A stretch of 64,000 nt of DNA from the human T2T-CHM13v2.0 reference genome, Homo sapiens, in NCBI RefSeq assembly GCF_009914755.1, contig NC_060930.1; one strand, given 5' to 3'. The notes under the pieces were generated by a model. It was not told where the DNA came from, did not search any database, and saw only the letters and a program-made list of their open reading frames with translations. How positions within the stretch are numbered: the stretch's first letter is position 1; the number at the start of each line of letters is the position of its first letter. The translations under genes were made by a program, and so were the position numbers. This document shows positions 56,750-64,000 of this stretch, one piece after another.

Positions 56750-58855
56750 AACCATCCTGAAGCATAGGCATATGGGACTTATTGAATTCTGAGTGCAGAG
56801 AGGAAAACTGAGAAAAATCCACAAGCACTCTGGGTCATACACTGAGAATCAGGCAGGAAGTGTCTGCTATTGGGGAAGACATATGAGAGTTGAAAGAGAG
56901 CTCTTGATAGACTCACGTGCATTGTTAGCAGAGGACATTACTAAGGAAAACCCCACAGGCACTTATATTGCAACAAGTTCCTGGTAGTAAACCCTTCTAC
57001 CACTGGAAAAGTAGAGGAGACCCAAGAGACATCCTCATGGTCTAGTGATGCCTGATGCATGGTAGAGAGAAATGAGTCAAAACCTCTAGACCCTCAGATC
57101 TTAATCACTGCTAAAGAAAATGTGTAACCTTGCCATCATATAATTTGAAACCTGTGGTGAATTGAATGTAGATAAAGCACAATACCAATAACCAATCCAC
57201 CACAGACTTGTTTGACTCAACTGCCCACACTGAAGGCTTGGGAGAAAAAGAAGCATGTCCTTTTCCACACTTAAATATTATTTACACTAGATTTTGAACA
57301 TCATGGTTAACATTCATCAAAAATTACCAGATATGTGAAAAACGCAAGGAAGTAAAACGTATTGTCAAGAAGGGAAATAGTCAATAAAACCAGATGAAAA
57401 GATTGCCCAGATGTTGTCAGAAAGGGATTATAAAATAAATGTGATAAATACAGTATCTATATTGTCTTTAGTTACAGTAAACATGTTAAAGGATCTATTG
57501 GAAAAGGTGAACAACACGTGAACAAGTGAGGAAGAGCAGCGAATATATAGGACAAAATGTGAATTCTAGAAAATATATAGAGGCAAAAAATTATTCCGTG
57601 GACTTAACAAAAGACTATACACAGCATGGTAATACTCATTGATCTTGAAACCAGACCAACGTAACATAAAACCAGAAATAAAAATGGTTAAGTGTAGAAA
57701 AGAATATAAAACAGCATTCTGTGATCAGTGAGATAATGTAAAATGCTTTTCCAAATGCGAAATGGGAGTTTAACAAGTTAAAAAAAAGTCACAAGAAAGA
57801 CAAAAAGTTAGAAAAGACAAAAGAAAAGAAAAAAGTGCAAAGAAAAGTACGTAAAGAGAATGACTAAGATTTTCCAATATCAATGAAAAACATAAACCCA
57901 TAAATCCATGAAGCTCAAGATATTTCAAAAAGAGTAAACACAAAAAAAACTCACTTTGTAATATTAAAATGAAAGGCTGCAAAACAAAAAAAGTCAAAAA
58001 AGAAGTCACATAACATGTAAGTTATAATAATATAATATATGGTTGATTTCTTATAAGAAACAATGACGACCAGAAAGCAATCAAATGAAATATGTAACAT
58101 ATGAAAATAAGGAAGTTACAAATTCAAAATTATATGTTCAGTAAAAAAAAAAACCTTCAAAAATGAAAGAAAAATAAAGATGATTTTAGAAAGATAGTGT
58201 GTTTATTTCCAGAAGTCACGCAGTATCAAAAAAAGTTGTTTGCAAGAATATTGATGCCAGATAAAAGACTGTTTCCACAGGAAGGATTAGAAAACTTCAG
58301 AAAGAGTGTGTTTTAAATATAAAACTCTTTTCTAAGAATTTATAATAAAAACCATTTAAAGACCTTTAATTGTTTACATTTAAAATAATAAAAATGAAAT
58401 ATGGGTTTGTATTATATATAGAAGTAGAATATATGACAAGGGTGAGATTGTTGAAAATGGAATTGGAAATGTACTGTTACAAAGTTTATATTGTTACAAT
58501 GACATTATTCATAGAGCTCTATACGCACACAAACAGACACACACACACACACACACACGCACAAAGAATGTAAGTCCATAAGGCTTACAGCAGGTTTTAG
58601 GGCAGGCTAGAAAGATAGCAAAAAATAAAAACATTTTAAAAAAAGCATTGAAAGTAAATAGAGTAGAAATAATAAAATACTTTTAAAACAGCAATTTCAC
58701 AAAAAAGGCAGGAAAAGATCAAATAAAACAATGGAAAGAATAAAAAATAATAATCTTAAAGCCTAATATATCAATAATTGCATTAAACATAAATTAAATA
58801 TAAAACAGTTAAGTATCTAAATAAAAGCTTGCCAGATTTGATTGAAAGAATAGAC
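56750..58855 (+). mobile_element. Ancient L1M 5'UTR/ORF1-like fragment
   Basis: A-rich ORF1-like remnants (gaatgactaagattttccaa..., catgaagctcaaga, ggttgatttctt..agaaacaatg). Highly diverged. Confidence 0.5.
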
Positions 58856-58857
58856 TC

Positions 58858-59356
58858 CATGAATGCCTATGTTCATTGCAGCACTATTCATGATAGCAAA
58901 GACATGGAATCAACCTAAATGCCCGTTAGTGATAGACTGGATAAATAAAATGTGGTACTTATACACCATGCAATACTGTGCGGCCATAAAAAAAAGAATG
59001 AGATTGTGTTCTTTTCAGGGACGTCAATGGAACTGGAAGTCATTATCCTTAGCAATCTAACGCAGGAACAGAAAACCAAATATCGCATGTTCTCACTTAT
59101 AAGTGGGAGCTAAGTGATGAGAACTCATGGATACATAGAGGGGAAAAACACATACTGGGGCCTATAGGAGGTCAGAAGGTGGGAGGAGGTGGAGGATCGG
59201 GAAAAATAACTAATGGATACTAGGCTTACTACCTGGGTGTTGAAATAATCTGTACAACAAACCCCCATAACACAAGTTTACCTATGTAACAAACCTGCAC
59301 ATTCCGCATATGTACCCCTGATCTTAAAAGTTAAAATAATAATAATAATAATAATA
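58858..59356 (+). mobile_element. 5'-truncated older L1PA 3' end with (AAT)n tail
   Basis: ORF 58863..59060 MFIAALFMIAKTWNQPKCP is the ORF2 C-terminus; L1PA 3'UTR follows. Confidence 0.92.
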
Positions 59357-59357
59357 G

Positions 59358-59584
<227 letters not shown>

Positions 59585-60810
59585 AACTGCTTTTTAAATT
59601 AAAAAAAAAAAATCTAAGAACAAATGTTTGGATGTTTTTTCTGACCAAAATGAAGTAACAAAGACTAGATTTATATTCTTGCCACTGACAACATAAACAA
59701 GAAAATAGGCAAAAATATACAACGATGGATTTCGAGACACTGAATATCAGTCAACAAAGGATAGTGCTCCTCAAATAGAACAAACAAATGTAGTGACACT
59801 TACAATTGCCTCCAGCCACTGCCTTGAAATAGTTCCCAGGCACGTGGAAGAGGGACCCAGGGGAATCTGGCATTCTCTGAATTGATGAGATGGATTTGAG
59901 CTCAGAGAGATCACATCAGCTACTGTTTGTAGACCGAAATAGCAGAGAAGAGAAACCTGCACAGTAGCAGAATTATGGAGATCTACAGAAAATCCCCATC
60001 AACTGTTTACCAGGGTTGCAATTTCTTTATGAATGGCGGGAAACTACTGAACACTAGAGAAAAAGACTTAGCTAAATGAATTAGAGGTAAAAGTGCTTGG
60101 CATTCACAAACTGTAAAAACCTCGTAATTCATATGGCACTGGGTGGAATATTCACACAGGTCTTGCCTCAATTGTGGGAGATAATTAACCTTAGACTAAA
60201 AACGATTCTGGCTTCACTAAGCAATCTTAAAAGCAAAGCTCAAAAGAATTAAACTGTCTCCAAGTAATTTAACATCATCCTGGCATGGCAGAGGGGAGGC
60301 TCATGAATATTTATAGTAATATAAAAATATAGATCACTCAATAGGGTAAAATTCCTAATATATGGCTTCCAATGAAAAGAAGTAGGAGAATATAATAAAA
60401 AATGAGGACAGAAATCACTCACACTGATACAGAACTGAAACAGATGTTAGAATTAACAGAGGCATTAAAATAGTTATTAAACTGGATTCCAGATGTTCAA
60501 AAGTTAAGTAAAATCATGGAAATTATTTAAAATATTCAAATAAAACTTTAAGTGGAAATGAAATGTCTGAGATGAAAAATATAAGGTGGATATGATTAAT
60601 GGTAAATTAGTCATTATACTAATAGAAAAAGATAAGTGAATTTGAAAACATATAGCCACAGAAACTATTCATAATAGAATGCATGAATAAATAGTAATTT
60701 AAAAAAATGGAACAACTTGAAGTGTAACCAAAGTCCTCAAAAGAAGGCAACAAACAATTTGCAGAAATAAATGTAAAATCTGATAAAAACTACAAATCTA
60801 CAGATCCAAT

Positions 60811-62136
60811 TGTGTCTGGAATTGGGTTCTTGGTCTCACTGACCTCATGAATGAAGCCGCGGACCCTCGCCATGAGTATTACAGCTCTTAAGGTGGCGCG
60901 TCTGGAGTTTGTTCCTTCTGATGTTCGGCTGTGTTCGGAGTTTCTTCCTTCTGGTGGGTTCGTGGTCTCGCTGGCTCAGGAGTGAAGCTGCAGACCTTCG
61001 CGGTGAGTGTTACAGCTCATAAAAGCAGTGTGGACCCAAAGAGTGAGCAGTAGCAAGATTTACTGCAAACAGCAGAAGAACAAAGCTACCACAGTGTGGA
61101 AGGGGACCCCAGCGAATTGCCACGGCTGGCTCGGGCAGCCTGCTTTTATTCTCTTATCTGCCCCCCCCCCTACATCCTGCTGATTGGTAGAGCCCAGTGG
61201 TCTGTTTTGACAGGGCGCTGATTGGTGCGTTTACAATCCCTGAGCTAGACACAAAGGTTCTCCACGTCCCCACCAGATTAGCTAGATACAGAGTGTCCAC
61301 ACAAAGGTTCTCCAAGGCCCCACCAGAGTAGCTAGATACAGAGTGTCAATTGGTGCATTCACAAACCCTGAGCTAGACACAGGGTGCTGATTGGTGTGTT
61401 TACAAATCTTGAGCTAGAGACAGAGTGCCGATTGGTGTATTTACAATCCCTGAGCTAGACATAAAGGTTCTCCACGTCCCCACCAGACTCGGGAGCCCAG
61501 CTGGCTTCACCCAGTGGATCCCGCACCGGGGCTGCAGGTGGAGCTGCCTGCCAGTCCCGCGCAGTGCGCCTGCACTCCTCAGCCCTTGGGCGGTCGATGG
61601 GACTGGGCACCGTGGAGCAGGGGGTGGCGCTCATCTGGGAGGCTCGGGCCGCATAGGAGCCCACGGAGGGGGTGGGAGGCTCAGGCATGGTGGGCTGCAG
61701 GTCCTGAGCCCTGCCCCGCGGGAAGACAGCTAAGGCCCGGCGAGAAATCGAGCGCAGCGCCGGTGGGCTGGCACTGCTGGGGGACCCAGTACACTCTCCG
61801 CAGCCGCTGGCCTGGGTGCTAAGCCCCTCATTGCCCGGGGCCGGCAGGGCCGGCCCGCTGCTCGAGTGCGGGGCCCGCCAAGCCCACGCCCACCCGGAAC
61901 TCCAGCTGGCCCGCAAGCGCCCTGCGCAGCCCCGGTTCCCGCTCGCGCCTCTCTCTCCACACCTCCCTGCAAGCTGAGGGAGCCGGCTCTGGCCTTGGCC
62001 AGCCCAGAAAGGGGCTCCCACAGTGCAGTGGTGGGCTGAAGGGCTCCTGAAGTGCCGCCAAAGTGGGAGCCCAGGCAGAGGAGGCGCCCAGAGCGAACGA
62101 GGGCTGTGAGGACTGCCAGCACGCTGTCACCTCTCA
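60811..62136 (-). mobile_element. LTR12C-like solo LTR (ERV9)
   Basis: Minus strand starts tgagaggtgacagcgtgctggcagtcc; CpG-rich U3; tandem ctgattggtg...gagctagacaca units; perfect TSD caat (60807-60810 / 62137-62140). Confidence 0.96.
61140..61460 (-). promoter_or_regulatory. LTR12 promoter module: tandem CCAAT (NF-Y) boxes, GATA site and TATA-like AATAAAA
   Basis: Several attgg on the + strand between 61180 and 61440; ttttattctcttatctg (minus strand cagataagagaataaaa) at ~61144-61160. Confidence 0.7.
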
Positions 62137-62974
62137 CAATTATCCGAAAAATAAAACAAACACAAGCACAGAACCGTGGCGAACACTACGCCAACCTATA
62201 CCATATCAAATTACTCAAACAGTAGTAAAGAGATATCTTAAAGACAGCCAGAGGAAAACAGACACATTATGTGCAGAGGAACAAAAATAAGAGCATTAGC
62301 AAGCTTCTAGTTAGAAAGAATGTAAGCAAGATGACAGCAAACAAGAAGACATTTACCAACCACTGAAAGAACAACAACAATCAACCTAGAATTCTATATG
62401 TAGCACAAATGCCTCTTAGAAAATGAAAGTAAAATAAGGAATTTCAGATGTATACAAGAAGAAAAAAATAAATCACCAGTATATCCACAACACAAGAAGT
62501 GTGAAAATAAGTGCTTGCGGGTGAAGGAAAATAACATCAGATGAAAGTGTAAATCTATAGCAAAAAATATCAGATAAGGTATTTACATGGTAAATATAGC
62601 ATAATTTTGTTATTTCAAGTTCTATTAAAGATATTTAAAATTTTGAGCAAAAAGCCCAATGCATTATGTGTTTATTTTTAAAGTATTATTGAAATATAAA
62701 TCAAGAATACCATAAAGACCAGGTGGAAAAAAATGGAAGTATATTATTACCAGTTTCAAACACTATATGTGAAGTGGGATAATATCAGATAGACAGTGAC
62801 ACATTAATGTATATAATAGGAAGCCTAAAGCAGCCATTAAAATAACTAAACAAAGAATTATAGAGGATAAACCAACAAAAGATATAAAATTAAATCATTA
62901 AAAAGTAGGCAGAAAAAAATTTAAAGCCAGAAAAAGAAAATGGGGAAAAATAAATGGAACAAATAGAAAACAAT

Positions 62975-63445
62975 ATTGTTTTTGTGATTAAAAAACACTA
63001 AGATCTACCCTTTCAGCAAAGTTGAAGTATATAAAAGAGTATTGTTAACTATAGACACTATGCCATATAGTAGATCTCTAGAACTTAGTGATCTTGCATA
63101 ACTGAAATTTTGTACACTTTGACGATTACCAACCCATTTCTCCCTTCCGTATGTCCCTGGTAACTATCCTTCTACTTTCTACATCATTATTTTGACCTAT
63201 TTCAGATTCTTTGTATAAATGGGATCATATAATATTACTGAATATGCATTCCTTCTTGGTCTGGCTTATTTCACTTATCATAATGTCCTCCAGATTTATC
63301 CATGTTGTCACAAAGGCAGAATTTCCTTTTTTAAAATGCTAAATAATAATCCACTGTGTGTATATACTGCATTTTCTTTATCCGTTAATCCTTAGAAAGA
63401 CATTAAGTTTACTTCCATATCTTGGCTATTGTGAATAAACTTTGC
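62975..63445 (-). mobile_element. L1MA-like 3' end
   Basis: aagatctaccctttcagcaaa...gtattgttaactatag...agatctctagaactta...ctggcttatttcactta...catatcttggctattgtgaata. Confidence 0.85.
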
Positions 63446-63629
63446 AGTTCCTCATAATTCACAAAATAGCAGCATATCGATCTCCACATTTGAATTTAAT
63501 TTCTTGGAAAAACAAAGAATAATTACAAAAAAATGAAAAGATGATAATGAACAAATTTACTAATTAAATAATATTTTGGGGGAATATGGTAGACAATATA
63601 AAGATCAAAATTTTCTCAGAGTCTGTAAA

Positions 63630-63672
63630 ATGTGTGTGTGCACGTGAGAGAGAGAGAGAGAATGAGAGAGAG
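63630..63672. repeat. (TG)n-(AG)n compound microsatellite
   Basis: Read directly from the sequence. Confidence 0.85.
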
Positions 63673-64000
63673 TTGAAGAAGCTTCAGGAGTGTCCTTGAG
63701 AAACTTCTGAATTTTAGTTTATGTCTTTAAAATATACATTTACCAAAAAAATGTGGTTCTTTCATAATGGAAATTTTTTGGAGTAGAGACTTGTTGGCAC
63801 TTGACTCAATTTCTTCTTGTTTGAGATTCTTTAAACTATACAACAATAAATAAACTCCCATATGGTATCATAATTCCATTTTATTAATACCAATTTATTG
63901 ATTTCCTACTATATCAGTTAAGGAGCCAGTCAAGAGTCAGAAACTATATAAGTTATTTTGGCAGGGATAATTTAATATAAAGAATTTTATTAGGCTCTTC

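Larger units (their letters stand above)
59620..62960 (+). mobile_element. Old L1M 5'UTR/ORF1 fragment interrupted by LTR12C
   Basis: Homologous to 12840-13530; ORF1-like atcttaaagacagccagagg, tcaacctagaattctata resume after the LTR. Confidence 0.6.

Noticed and set aside
61195-61490. Regularly spaced repeats resembling a CRISPR array
   Set aside because: These are the known LTR12 tandem enhancer units. There are no unique spacers or cas genes, and the DNA is eukaryotic.
61425-62290. Several overlapping 100-188 aa ORFs, and a CpG island suggesting a gene
   Set aside because: They lie within, or just run out of, the GC-rich LTR12C U3. Stop-poor composition explains them.

Overview
AT-rich primate (probably hominoid) genomic DNA, either gene-poor or deep intronic. 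I recognise no cellular protein-coding exon, RNA gene or prokaryotic system. Every interpretable ORF in the track comes from a transposable element (L1 ORF1/ORF2, THE1-int, ERV1 integrase, Alu, LTR12). The window is a nested set of repeats: Alus, L1PA/PB/M, a full-length THE1C, two MLT2 LTRs, an LTR27/28-like solo LTR, a MER41-group provirus remnant, LTR12C, MIR/L2, Charlie18a, MER47A and MADE1. Four structures stand out. (1) A MADE1 mariner MITE (38520-39171) is split by ~585 bp of filler copied from both of its own flanks, including a fold-back inversion. (2) An L1PA5-like element was retrotransposed from a spliced RNA (SpIRE97/976-type junction at 15442/15443). (3) A three-segment rearranged L1PB-like insertion lies within one apparent TSD (4612-9131). 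(4) An orphan CpG-rich ~175-bp insert sits next to an alternating inverted-repeat duplication (30216-30463). Subfamily names were assigned by eye from remembered consensus sequences and need RepeatMasker/Dfam confirmation. Boundaries of old elements are approximate.
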